Origin: Octopus bimaculoides
Lineage: Eukaryota
Reading direction: 5' to 3'
Length of the DNA: 63,555 nucleotides
NCBI RefSeq assembly: GCF_001194135.2
Contig: NC_068983.1
Span: 1,864,308-1,927,862, forward strand
This document shows positions 50,801-63,555 of this stretch, one piece after another. The notes below the pieces were generated by a model. That model was not told where the DNA came from and searched no databases. It saw only the letters and a list, made by a program, of their open reading frames with translations. The stretch's first letter is position 1. Each line of letters begins with the position of its first letter. The translations under genes were made by a program, and so were the position numbers.

Positions 50801-53319
50801 ATCTTTCTTTGGGTCACTTTTAATTGTTTCTGGCGGTACAGTGTATATATTTCTTTATTGTCCACAAGGGGCTAAACATAGACGGGACAAACAAGGACAG
50901 ACATCGTTACACGCCGAACAGATAACAGTTTACATATGATATATGTTTATATATGTATACTTGTATGTATTTATGTATGTATATCTGTTTGTATGTATGT
51001 ATGTATGTATGTACGTATGTATTACACAGGTAGGAATGTTTGTATTTATGAATTCACAAACGCAGGTACATTCAAATATTCATTCAAAGCTGACTCTTAG
51101 TAAGCTACAACTCGGAGTTTTCTCGTCGTTACGTTCACTCAAATGCTCTTATGCTGACGGAGCAAGCTTGAAAAACAAAAAGATTATATTTTGCCAACAC
51201 GCAGAAAATTGCTTGGTGAAGATTAATGGTTTCTAACAGTGGCTAATAACAAACACGCGATAATAACAAAACTAAACTTGACATCGTTAATATTCATTGC
51301 AATTCATAAATATTTCTATAGTGCAACAATTATGGGTAAGGTGAACATTTCTATAAAATTAATCAAGATGAATTCAGATGTGAATTCTAAGGGGAATCCT
51401 ATCAAGGAACCTGCAGTGAACGTATCAATGGGAAAGTGTGTATTATTATTTATTTAGAAACCATCACACTTTCATATCTTTCAACATTATTGAAGGCCAT
51501 CATATTAAATATTGATTTTTTTCAAATATACATCCAATTATTTATTTTCATTATTAAGGCAACAATTGATCTCAAGTTCTCTTTCATTCTTCATAAAATT
51601 TTATAAAAAGCCTTACATTTTATCCCCAAAATTTACTGATGGCACCGAATGAGGAATCATTATTTCTTACATTCTTCATGGAATGGATCCTCTATTACTC
51701 TCTTTTTTGTGTCCATATCTGTATGCAAGGACGGGTGCGGCCGCGCGAGAGGGTGTATACATGCATACACACACATAGATATGCGTACGTGTGTTTGTGT
51801 ATGTATGTATATATATATATATATATGCCCATATACATATATAGAGACAGTTAATTGTAAATGTCTATATGTATATACATATATATATATATGTGTGTGT
51901 GTATTTATCCCCGATGAATCTCTGAAACGAGATTAAAGCGCTAAAGAAATAATTGTCCAAAATTCTAATTCCTTAATATACAAAATCTATACACCACTGC
52001 AAACAATTTTTACATAAAGCATACATACATACATGCATATAAACAGACACATAGATAGACGGACAGATAGATAGCCTACACAACTGCCTATATTCATATC
52101 TATATAATTATCTCCAGAGAACAAGCTTGAATTGTACGTTTGGCTAAACATCCATACATTTGAAACTTTCTACCTTGTAATTCATTTTTTTCTTCCTTTT
52201 TATTTTCCATATGAATATCTTAGTACATTAATTCGTTATACATTTGTGAGCGTCTGCGTGCAGAAAGACTTTCATTTGTAAATACTTTCATAAGACTCTG
52301 TCGTTCTGTACATGATTATGCATGTAACCTCATATGCGCAAGAGCTTATGCATGTCCACATATCAAATTTTATACGGTAGGCTGTGTATATCAATATGCA
52401 GATTTGCTGTGAACATACTTATATGCAACTATGTGTGCATGTGTGTGTATTAGCTTGGTGTCCATAACGGCATATCTGTAAACGCCACAGCATGTGAACT
52501 TGTGTGCTTGTGTGTGAGTTTGTGTGTGTGTGTGTTTGTACACCCATACATAGATAGTGATGCATACATATGTACATACGCACAAGTATGTCTATAATAC
52601 CTGCGTATATACCTGTTCGTGCCTGAATGCGTGTATGATGGTTATCAAGGTGTGCGTGAATGTGTGTATCAGTGAATGAGTACAGAAATCCACCCGACCA
52701 TGCACGCGTGTTTGTACACACAAATACAAACATTCATAGACGCATGCTTTTGTGGCTGCCATCTTATCCTTATTCATCCATAATAATTTTTAATGACGCC
52801 CACATATGTACATACTTGCATATGTTAGTTCTCTTTTCACATTTAATTGCATACAGAATTACACATATATGTATCTGCCTTAATAATAATAATAATAAGA
52901 AGAAGAAGAACAAGAAGATGATGACCAACAACAACAGAAAGATAACTTTTAAAAACTGGATATCTACAATTTAAAATTCCCTTCAAAATAACTTTTTAGA
53001 AACGTAAATCTTTACAGGGATCACTAGTCGGACACACAAACGAACATGTTGAGAAACTTCAAAATCTCCTATATCGACAATTTTCTGTGAATATTTGACA
53101 TTACTCTCCTCCCTGGTTATTCGAGTATGTAAACATCCCTTTTAGTGCGAGTGCACTCTTAAACGTATATCTAACTTTAGCAATTTCAAAATATGTGAGT
53201 CTCTGGGAGTACATAATCCTTTAATTTCTCGTAGTTACCTGAACATGCAAAAATCCCTCTCTCATATCCAGGAAAATTTGCAGCTTTTCCAAACACTTTC
53301 CAGAACCGATAAATATAAT

Positions 53320-53935
53320 CTTAGTTTTTTTATTATTGTTGTATTGGTTTCGGCCAAGGGCTAGGGCCTTGTTGTAGCCCCGTTCTTCAGTGTTTTGTGG
53401 CGTCATTACTGTTTTTGGTGAAGAAGCTGTACTTCCTTGTGCCTCTTGCCGCGATGTGAGCTCATCTGGGATTTCAGACGGAAATTTTGTCCAGCCGATT
53501 TTTTAACGTCTACATTTCGAAGATCTTTTAGGTTCCTTCACAGAATGTTAATCTGTTGTGCTCCCCTGAAATCCAAGCTGTTGCGTTGCAATACTGGGTC
53601 CTTAACTGAGATGAAGGAGACGGTATCTTTGGTATTGTGCAGTGTCGTCCATTTCGGTGGTTGGTATAGCTTTAATTCCAAAGTTGGGAGCTAGATCTTC
53701 CAATATCTTCCATATCTATATCACTGCATACCTTTCTCGCCTTTTCTCCAGGAAGTAGACATTCAGTTTTTGTAGCCTCTTCCAGTACCTCATTCTTCAT
53801 TGTATAATGCTGTTCGATTACCTCCAATTTGACGCTCTGCGGCGACAACAGTTGGGAGTAGTAACCCAGACGACCGAGGAAAAATTACATCCATAGGAGT
53901 AGCAAGGTATTTTTGCTTCCGGTTCTGAATGATCT
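53320..53935 (-). mobile_element. CR1-type LINE (second subfamily) 3' fragment
   Basis: LEKRRERYAV..KILEDLAPNFGIK..GRHCTIPK..EIPDE; the 3' end carries ggccgaaacc as in the other CR1 tails. Confidence 0.8.
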
Positions 53936-54539
53936 CTCTAATATATATATATATATATATANNNNNNNNNNNNNNNNNNNNNNNNNNNNNNNNNNNNNNN
54001 NNNNNNNNNNNNNNNNNNNNNNNNNNNNNNNNNNNNNNNNNNNNNNNNNNNNNNNNNNNNNNNNNNNNNNNNNNNNNNNNNNNNNNNNNNNNNNNNNNNN
54101 NNNNNNNNNNATATATTAATTTTAAAAATATGGAGAGGTAACACACGAGTAAATAGATATTTAAGAAAAAGAAGAACGAAAATTCTTCTCCCGTAAACTT
54201 GAGTACATTTTAATTTTCCTTTATATAAATACATTAAAAGAAGAATGTTTTGGTTTTGTTTTAAAAGCTTCGCTTTTTGAAAAAAAAACTTATCAAAAAT
54301 ATGTACTAAAATGGAATATATAGAGAGAAACGAGCTATTGATAAAATTAAATTAAAATTAACATTCATTGTTTTCTATAGGAGTGGCTGTAGATATATCA
54401 AATAGAATAGTTTGTGTGTGAAGTACAAAATATGTATATATGTATACACGCTAAACAAGAGAAAGCAAAATTTAGAGATTTTAAGTTTAAATATGTCGAT
54501 ATGTATATTAATAGGTCCAACTACTGATAGAAATATCTA

Positions 54540-55320
54540 TAGAATTATAATTAAAAATTCAACTGGAAGTCTCTAACTTTTGCTTTCGACCGTCAGTGGA
54601 GAGCACTTCCTCCTTAACTCCTGGCCTCCCCACCGTCTTCACATTCGAAAAGTACTTAACAGTACCCCACTCCTTCGGAAACTAACAAATCTACAACTAC
54701 CCCTCTCTATTCACATCCCTCTTTTCATATTTCACCTACCTTACCATACCATAACACGCCCCTCCAATACCAACCTAATTTCTTTATCCCACTAACAACC
54801 ATTATTTTGGCCACCTACTCACCTCCCACTTTATCCCCCTCCTTCTTCTCTCACTCCCCTCTCCGTACTTTACTAATCCCCCTCAGCCTCCGAACCAGTC
54901 AACTTCTTTCCTTCAAATATTGGCCATTCCAATTTTTACTATCTCACGCTTTAACTTTGTAGCCGTCATACAAACCAACACAAAAGTTACCATTCACAAA
55001 GTATCTCAACCACCATCCCCTTTCCCTCCTACTTTCCCTCCTACTTTCCACTGCTACTACTATGATTCCCTACTCGCCTCACTACTTTCTATCTGAATAT
55101 CTCCTAACTCTTCCTTTTAATAAACTCCACAAAATCATTGCATCTGTAATCTCCGTTCTGTCAAAAACCTCAAATGTAAACTTCTTCCCTGAAGACGGAG
55201 GCTTGGCATATCCGATAATGGAATCAATTTACAATTATTTCGAACCACAAAGCCCCCAGAAACAGCTGTTGGAATGGTAAAACTCTTATTGAACCTGTTT
55301 AATTCCTGATAACATTTCCA
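54540..55320 (+). repeat. Penelope-tail-like pyrimidine-rich repeat with decayed hammerhead core
   Basis: TTCC-CTGAAGA-C-GGA..TCC-GATAAT-GGAA at 55185-55223 after a C/T-rich leader; same layout as 23430-24290. Confidence 0.35.
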
Positions 55321-55430
55321 ATTCGTTATAAGTCGTGCCAATTTATATGTAAACATACGTACATTAAATGTATTTAATGTTTTTGATATCTTGCTTAACT
55401 TGCTTATCCTTACATTTACTCCTATACATG

Positions 55431-55467
<37 letters not shown>

Positions 55468-55638
55468 AGTAGATCTCGTCTACGTAGCTTCTTTCCTTTT
55501 TCTTCTTATTGAAACCAGCAGTTACTGGCCTTCCACACACAAACGCATGCACCCCAAATGATTATGTGTGGTCGTCAATTTGAGTTCGCAGGTTACCATA
55601 GAAACATTGATGTAATACCAGTAAAAGGAAATAGCTTG

Positions 55639-55639
<1 letters not shown>

Positions 55640-55680
<41 letters not shown>

Positions 55681-55770
55681 ATAATGATAATAATGAATAA
55701 TGCAAACTACAATAACAATAAAAATATAACAGCAACAACAATAATCATAATAATAATAATAATAATAACA
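55640..55770. repeat. (TAG)n / (TAA)n microsatellite
   Basis: Visible directly. Confidence 0.95.
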
Positions 55771-56799
55771 CCAAAATTCATATCCGTTTATTGATAGTTT
55801 TGAATTTTTGAACCAAAACTTCGTTTTAAAAAAATCGTAAACTACTTTAAACATCTTCAATTTATTTCATTTCTTAGATCTTGCTTCCATTTTCATTCCA
55901 CTGTTTCTTAGATGTTTTCCGTTCCTTACATTTTGTCCTTTATCTTGTTTTAGTGTTGTATTTGTAGAGCTTCTGCTGAAGATCTCATGCCTCTAGTTCG
56001 TCACAATACTGTGTCTCCCTCTCTGTCGCTTCCTTTGTTATTCTCACCATTAATACTACTACAAGCACCACCAGCACCAACATCCACCACCACAATGTAT
56101 TATAGGAGAACATGAACTCCCTTTCTCGGCATTTAGAGTATTTCTCAATTTCCACTTTATATAAACATATTGTCCGAAAAAAACTAGATGGTCACGGTGG
56201 GAAATATGTACTTTATATGCTTCTTCTACCCTGGTTGTCTGGGTTGAATCTACATGACGATACCAGTAATACAACACCAAGAGTTCCAACACTAACGCAC
56301 CCCAGCACCATCCACATTCTTATCATCATCATCAACGTCGCTATGTGTGGCAGCAGTAGCATCGCTTCCCCCCCCCCATCTCCATCGTCGTCTTCCTCGT
56401 CGTTATTTCGCCGTCACCACCGCCACCACTCTTGCCATTCTTTTCATCATAGCAACATCTTAATAATTGTCGTTTTTATCATCTTTACCTGTCTTCTTGC
56501 TTATCGCCCCACTAGTACACCTCTCTCTCTCTCTCTCTTTCTGTTCCTCTTCCACTTTCACTCTCTCTTATAACAAAATTCTGCATATTTCATTTGGTTC
56601 CGTTCTTATTCCTTTCTTCCACTTAAATCCAGAACACTGACCTCTCTCAGGTAACTATTTCCCACAGGGAGCGCTACGATAGTAAGAAGTATCATTTCTA
56701 TGATCTTTATGTTTTCAGGTGAGGTTCTACCGTACCACATTAATTCCCTCTCGATAATTAAATAAGATATTCCCCAATCATATCCGTGTTCCCAGAGTA

Positions 56800-57170
56800 C
56801 ATATAATCTATCCTTATATTGTTTTAGGTTTCTGTAACCAGAGTTCAAATCTCATCGGGGTGGAATGAAACCCTTTGGAAAGGATAAAAATGGCCGTCCA
56901 ATATCGTGATTTGCTGCAATAGTTAGAATTTTTGGATATTTCGGTTGTGTCGTTATTATCCTTGGGATGGGAACCATAAATTCTTCCCTGTTTAACACCA
57001 TCATGGATGGTTGCCTTTAGTGTGGTGGAGTGAAGTGGCGCAAGCATTCAGACAAAGTCTTCAAATTCAGAAAAACATCCATTTTTTTTCCATGAACTTA
57101 ATTATGGTACACCTTGACGAAAAGTGTCAAGAAAGCTGCCCATTACTCTTTGGTCAAGCAGTAAAGACAA
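56800..57170 (-). mobile_element. Heavily decayed LINE RT fragment, possibly RTE clade
   Basis: LKATIHDG-GVKQG resembles RTE KATV.DG..GVKQG; otherwise poorly conserved. Confidence 0.3.
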
Positions 57171-58121
57171 GCACTAAAGACCCTTCTCTCACTCACTCTC
57201 TCTCTCTGTTTCTGTCGATCTTCCTCCACTTTCTTTTTACCCTTCTCTCCATCTCTCTCTCTCTTGCTTTCTACCGCCTTCACTTGCTCTGTAACTCTTT
57301 CTTTCACCGCCTCTCTCTCTTTTTCTCTCGTTCTCTCTCTCTCTTTTACCTCTCTCTCTTCATCTCTCCCTTTCTCCTACATTTTGTACACTTATAATAC
57401 TATGAACGACAAACAATCAATCACTTTATACGTGTTGAGGAGAAAGAACAGTGGATATCGACTGAATTCAAACTGAGATTAATCTTGTGATAATTTCTAA
57501 TAAGACGTTATGCTCTGAAAGTTTCACTCTTAGCAGAATATCTACTGTAACACATATAAAAGTTTCTCGTGCTTCATCGTGTTTTTACAATCCTGAACCT
57601 TCATTCAAATCCATAAATCTGTAGATATGATTACTTCCTTAAGCTATAATTTTTTCCATTGCATTTCCTCATTACACTTTAGGAAGTAATTAAGAAAAAT
57701 AATTTAAAAAAAAAAGCTGAAACTATATTTAGAATCCAGCGGAAATTTTACTGAAGCTCTCAATTATCAATAATTCCACTGCTAGATTAACCGGTGATGA
57801 TTGAACATGACAGCAAAATAAAACGACACTGTGGCGGCAACAGCCATGAATAAATCACTTTCTCTATAATATAGTGTCACATTTTACTCGATATGAAATG
57901 TCGCTGTGTATCCAGCAGTGGAGCATCCTTAAAGTCAGCTTTACTTGATTTATTACCAAGAACATGCTTACTATAGGGTTTCAGCTTAACATATAGGTAG
58001 CACAGAGAAATATTAAATAAACGGTCCGATCTATTTTTTCACGTCATGCCCTAGGTATGTATATATATATATGTGTATGCATATATGTATGTATATATTT
58101 ATATATATATATATGTATGCA

Positions 58122-58171
<50 letters not shown>

Positions 58172-58809
58172 AACGTAAATGTCGAACGATGAAATAAGTG
58201 CTCAATACCGCATTGGTGGTCATGCAATTTCTTTTATTTGTGGATTAAGGCTACCATTGGTTTCGTGTTAAGAAAAGTAGGAAAATATCCTAGCGTCTTA
58301 ACAATTTTTCAAACTGATCACATGGAAAAAAAAGTGTCCGCTTCCATTTTGGAAATTGTCTCACTTCGTTCACGGGATTTCTCGTAAATTCGCGTAAATT
58401 AAACAATGAATCAACGAATCAAAGTATTTGTCTTTTGGGTAAATTTTTTTGTGATTAATTTGTTTGCATTATTTTGTTTATGTACTGCGCATTGTGTTCT
58501 ACTTGTATGCTGAGATAGTTCGTCGTCTGGGCATATGGCTGCTTTGTGTGAAGTTTGTGTGTTATGTGTGTTAAGAAAGGGGCTATTCTGGTAGGGTTAC
58601 CCTCGTTTATAAGGACGATTCTTTGAAATATTTGAGCGTAAAATATTGGTTGTTTATGCAGGGAGAGAAGGTTCCATACACAATAAAAAGGGCATGCTAT
58701 GGATAGAATAAGGAAAACAAATAATGAAAACAAATATATATCTTACAATTTATTTCGATTCACATCCACTTTCCAAAGTGACCATTTATCCCATGTAATG
58801 TTTGTCTTG

Positions 58810-59905
58810 TGTTTGAACCCCTCAGTTTAGTATTAAGGATGGTAAAGCCAGGGTACCATTTCAGAAAGAGAAAGGGTAAAATTACCATTTGCTCTACATG
58901 GAAGATCTGAAGCTTTTTAGTAAGAAGAAAAAACTAATAGAGTCCTTAATACAGACTATAAGACTCTTCAGCAAAGATAGAGGCATGGAATTTAGCATAG
59001 ATAAGTGTACAATATTAGTCATGAAAAAGGAACATGTAGCATGCTGACACAGAAAGAATACAAGAAAGGACATGAAAATTTAGGTAGAGTAATCCACTGA
59101 GAGTTATGTAGAGAAGTAGGATTTGACCATACTGATAAATGATCCATTGGGGGCGCTTTGGAAATCACAGCCTAAAAGGAGCAAATATGTTATATGACAA
59201 GACTCCAGAAGGAGTCACCGAGAATGAGAATTGCGAAATCCTGTGCAAAGCAATGATCCAGTGCGATCACCGGACCAGAGGTCGGAAACCGAACATTCTT
59301 GTGGTGAATAAAACATAAAGAACATGCGTGATAACCGACATAGCATGCCCAAGTGACAACAGGATCAATGTGAAAGAAGAAGCAATAAGTAAATATGACG
59401 ATTTGAAGTGAGAAATACGATGGTTTTGGTCAATGTAGAGTCCCTAGCAGGGATAGAATTACCGAATAGACTTGATTAAGCAAACTGAACGGGAAGGATA
59501 CACATACCTTGGATTACTAGAGATCAATGGGATAAGGAAAGAGGGAAAAGATCAACGGGAAAAGGAAATGAAAGAGCAACTGAGGATGAAGTATTTCCGA
59601 AGACTGAGGTTGGTATTGCGCTCAAGCCTGACTGGATGGAATACAAACGTGATAACAATTGTAATTGGCGCACTTGGATGTATCAGCACTCACCTACTAA
59701 CAAGACTAAAAAAGATTGGTGCAAGTGTGAAGGTAGAACACATACAAAGATCAGCATTGTTTGGAGGTGCAAGAATCCTTCGTAGGGTTCTTGAAGCATG
59801 ACTAGTAAACAAGTGTCACCTTAGTCTGGTGGCTGTGGACAGCTGACACTTTCCATCATACCCAGAAAAATAAGCTGAGAGTTTTCATATAGTAAGAATA
59901 ATAAT
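58810..59905 (+). mobile_element. R4/Dong-type LINE fragments (RT, endonuclease, C-terminus, 3' UTR)
   Basis: LYMEDLKLFSK, GMEFSIDKC, QCDH..RKPNI.VV, IQRSALFGGARILRRVLEA*; ends in (TAA)n. Confidence 0.88.
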
Positions 59906-60029
59906 AATGATGATGATAATTTCATTTATGTACCACAAGGCCGAAGGTGAGGGGGACAATTCAGAGACAGACATAAAGCGTGGGGGTTTAAATATAATAA
60001 TGAAATGTAAAACACATGTATACATGTTT

Positions 60030-61080
60030 TACACCGGAAAATAAGGGACATGTGGATAGCATTGAAGAAGTCAATGATAGCTCTAGCAACCGAAAATATG
60101 ATGCACCCACAAATACCTACCGAAAGTGTGATGCACCCACAAACGTTTAAGAAACGAAATGAAGAAAGAGTAAACAACTGGAAAATGAAACCACTACATG
60201 CGCAATACTCGAGAGAAATCGAAGGAAAAGACACGATGAACACTTGGAGATGACTAAGAGAAAGTGATCTGAAAGGCTGCACAGAAGCATTGATGTGCAG
60301 TGCTCAGGCACAAGATCTGAGAACTCATTACATTAAGTTCCAAATAGATAAGAGTAGTGAATCGCCCCTTTGTAGGATATGTGGCAACAGAAACGAAACA
60401 ACCTCACATATTGTGAGTGAGTGTAGCAAGCTGACCCAAAAAGCACTACAAAAGGAGGCAGGATAACGTGCCTAAGTTCGTCCACCGGAGGCTACGTGAA
60501 ATTACGGCCTGAACAGAGCACGGAAATGGTAAGAACTTGAAACAGAAGCAGTCACTGAGAACAAGGAACATAAGATACTGTGGGATTTTACAATGCAATG
60601 TGACTCTCAAGTTGAGGCTCCGAGACCAGATATTTTTGTGGTAGATAAAAGAAAAAAAGGAAACCAAGATTATAGGTATTGCAATACCTGAAGATGCACG
60701 CGTAAATGACAAAGGTAGAAAAGATGGAAACGTACAAACTACTAAAAGACGAAACTGCAAGAAAGTGGACTATGTGGAGTGTGTCTGTCGTTGCAGTAGG
60801 GGTACTCGAAGCACTAGCAGCCAAGTTCGAGAAATATCTCAGAGAAATAGGAAGTGGCATGAGAGCAGAGCAAGCCTCAAAAACTGCTCTTCTGGGGACA
60901 GCTAGGATATTGAGATTGGTACTTGGATGTTGAATGTCTCCCACGAGAATAAACAACTAAGTATCAAAGCTTTTAATGTGCGGAAAGAAACCCTGTGAGA
61001 CCTGTCTACTTTCACAATATTCCAGAACAAACAAAATCGATCGCTCTTTGAAGTAAAAGACTAATAACTATAATAATAAT
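60030..61080 (+). mobile_element. R4/Dong-type LINE 3' fragment, second family
   Basis: WKMKPLHAQY, CRICGNRNETTSHIVSECSKL, ILWDF.MQCD..ARRPDI, KTALLGTARILRLVLGC*; ends in (TAA)n. Confidence 0.92.
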
Positions 61081-61082
61081 AA

Positions 61083-61341
61083 TCCCCAGAAGTAGCAGGG
61101 GAGCATCATAGCCATTTGTTGAGAGCAATTCTATAGGGTTTGAATAATTCACCTATAGAAGTATGGGCGTTTCGTTGAATATCCTTAAATCACCCTTATT
61201 CGCGGGACTCTTGAGCGGGATGGAGACACCACCTGAAAGGTCATGCGCAGTTTATCTTGGTATGAGTTCGTCCTGATGGGTATACTGGGTTTCATATGTC
61301 TTACCTCGGGGTCACTTTGATGGCAGGCGTTGCTTTCTCAG

Positions 61342-61342
<1 letters not shown>
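61083..61342. repeat. Unclassified GC-richer insert between two (TAA)n tracts
   Basis: Sharp compositional boundaries at both microsatellites; no ORF or Pol III boxes recognised. Confidence 0.35.
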
Positions 61343-61376
<34 letters not shown>

Positions 61377-62173
61377 TGAAACAACAACAAGAATAAAAGG
61401 AGTAAGATATAATTGATGCTTGACCTTACTATTGGCAGAATGACCCTCTAAATGTACAGTTAGTGTTTTAAGAACACCTTCCCTTCTGTGCTTGTAACAA
61501 AACTTATAGAATTAGTTTCTCTGAAATTAAACACCTGAAATACTTTAGCAAAATGAAAGAACTACTTACATAATCAATCTGTGATGAATTCCCATAATAA
61601 CATTGTAAAACGTCCAATAATAGCTTTAAATTTAGGCATAAAGCTAGCAACATTTGGAAGGAAATGACTACTCAGTTATATCGATTGCAGGAAATTTAGA
61701 TTTGTACGAACCATAAAAAAGCTATAACAATCCGAGGAATAAGAAAGTGCGATTGCTAAGAAAATGACGAAGGGTATTGCGCGATTTTCTAAGAGAAACT
61801 GAAAGAAGACAACAAAGCAAGCTGGATATTGTAGTTAAGAATTTGTTACTATGTACTGCAATCGATGTGGCATAACATTTGATACCAGAATAAACAGAAA
61901 AGAAAAATAGCACCACAGCCATTAAAAATACGAAAATACTGGAAGTTAAAAGTAGTCATGATACTGTTCTATATTATTGGGGCCTAAAAAATTTAATTCT
62001 AATGAGAAGGAATTAATGCGTTACAGAAGACTTGTCTATGTTAGGCAAAATAATTCAATAATTCCTCAGTAGAGGATAAATACAGATGTTTACAGCAAAG
62101 CCAAAATGTTACATGAACGGTATAAGTGCTATGGTTTGATAACATAATTAAACAGGACAAAAATAACAAAATC

Positions 62174-62392
62174 AATAATAATGGTTTCAAATTTTGCCAC
62201 ATAGGCGGAAATTTTGGGGGAGGGAATAATTCGGTTACATAGATCCCAGTGTTTCATTGGAAGTTAATTTATCGACCCCGAAGGGATGAAAAAGTCAACC
62301 TCAGCGGAATTCGAGCTCAAAACGGAGCGACGGGCGAAATACCGCGAAGCATTTCGTTCAGCGCGCTAACGATTCTGCCAGGTCACCGCATT
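62174..62392 (-). mobile_element. SINE family 2
   Basis: Homologous to 2712-2936; flanked by AAT runs. Confidence 0.8.
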
Positions 62393-62404
62393 AATAATAA
62401 TGAT

Positions 62405-63275
62405 AATAATAATCGTAATAGTCCATTGGGACTTTGACTTCCAGACAAAGTGTTAAAACAATTCAGATGAAATATAGTAAACTTTAGGAGGAACAAATAA
62501 GAGTGCCTAATAATCGACGTGGCACTGCCAGGAGATAAACACATCATGATGATCAAAGAAATAATAATAATAATAATTAAACAACCACATGAAAGAAAAG
62601 ATAAAAAGAGAGTACCTACGGCGAGTGAGGAAAATACTGGCTTCAAAGCGGAATGCCAGAAACATAATTTCGGCAACTCGTGCGCAGTAGTTCGGTATGC
62701 CGCTGGAATCCTGAGGAGGAGCTGAAGGAGATGGGCAGGAGGTGAAGAAAGCTATTAACGATGCAAGGAGCCCGTAATCCACGTGCAGACACTGATCACC
62801 TATACATGAAGAGAGCAAATGGAGGAGGAAGGGGACTGAGAAGTGCGGAAGACTGCGTACGTATCGGGCTCGAGATGTTAATGAGATAACTACCCCAAAA
62901 TAAGGAGACCTTGTTAGTGTCAGTTAGGAATGAGGGAATATTGAGAGCTGAGAAAAAAAGGTAAAACGAAGGAAAAAGTACAAACAGAACACGCAGGAGA
63001 ATTACGCAACAAGGTACTACACAATCAATTACATGTAGCCACAAAAGAAGTTACTCGAAAAACAGGTGGGATTGTCTGAAGAAAAGAACAGTAAGAAAAG
63101 AGATCGAGAGCACTGTACTGGCAGTGCAAAGCGAAGCTCTGGCCACGGGCTGGAGATTCAACCTATGTAATGAGCAAGTGTCTCTTCTGTGCCACATCTG
63201 TAATGGAGTGGATGAAACCACTGCCCATATGACAAACGAATGCCCTAAACCGCCACAAGAAAACCTCTGATAAAA
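62405..63275 (+). mobile_element. R4/Dong-type LINE fragments, third family
   Basis: WDFDFQT, LIIDVALPGDKH, KREYLRRVRKILAS, DTDHLYMKRANGG.RGL, CHICNGVDETTAHMTNECPK. Confidence 0.85.
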
Positions 63276-63290
63276 AGTAATAATAATAAT

Positions 63291-63500
63291 AATCCATTCT
63301 CCTGGAAGCACAAGACCTCAGATTTGTGGGGAGGGAACTAGTCGATTACATCGACTCCAAGCCCTAACACTAGCTCTAATCCCGAAATGATGCAACGCAA
63401 AGTCGACCTCGGCGGGATTTGAACTCAGAACGTAGCGAAATGCGAAGTACCGCTAAGCATTTCGTCCAGTGTGCTAGCGATTCTTCCAGCTCGCAGCTTT
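63291..63500 (-). mobile_element. SINE family 2
   Basis: aaagtcgacctcggcgggatttgaactcagaacgtag matches 2835-2870; flanked by (TAA)n. Confidence 0.8.
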
Positions 63501-63506
63501 TTTTAT

Positions 63507-63507
<1 letters not shown>

Positions 63508-63555
<48 letters not shown>
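63508..63555. repeat. (TAA)n microsatellite
   Basis: Visible directly. Confidence 0.97.

Noticed and set aside
53221-53406. ERGYNKALAL suggesting a Penelope RT C-terminus
   Set aside because: It overlaps the non-coding 3' end of the CR1 fragment at 53320-53935, which explains the sequence.
1-63555. CRISPR array, operon or prokaryotic defence system
   Set aside because: No regularly spaced repeat-spacer structure and no long intact ORFs; the composition is that of an animal genome.

Overview
AT-rich, repeat-dense animal genomic DNA with seven N-gaps, most abutting (AT)n tracts. The SINE, LINE and microsatellite repertoire looks like an octopus/cephalopod genome; this is pattern recognition, not a database result. 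There are no operons, CRISPR arrays, rRNA or true tRNA genes. Most entries in the ORF track are microsatellite, N-gap or antisense artefacts. The window holds at least 5 tRNA-derived SINE families, CR1-type, RTE and R4/Dong-type (restriction-like endonuclease) LINE fragments, a Gypsy pol relic, two internally deleted mariner elements and a foldback element. Several hand-picked + strand exon candidates suggest it is mostly intron of one or more host genes. The most interesting signal is a set of minimal type I hammerhead-ribozyme motifs in several dispersed repeat families. Two copies are near-intact (9371-9418, 24161-24208), a CUGUUGA variant family shows stem covariation, and one motif lies in the tail of a tRNA-headed SINE. 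Hammerheads in Penelope-like elements, retrozymes and the Schistosoma Sm-alpha repeat are known, so any novelty would be in these particular families and variants. TE boundaries are approximate and all exon calls are unverified.
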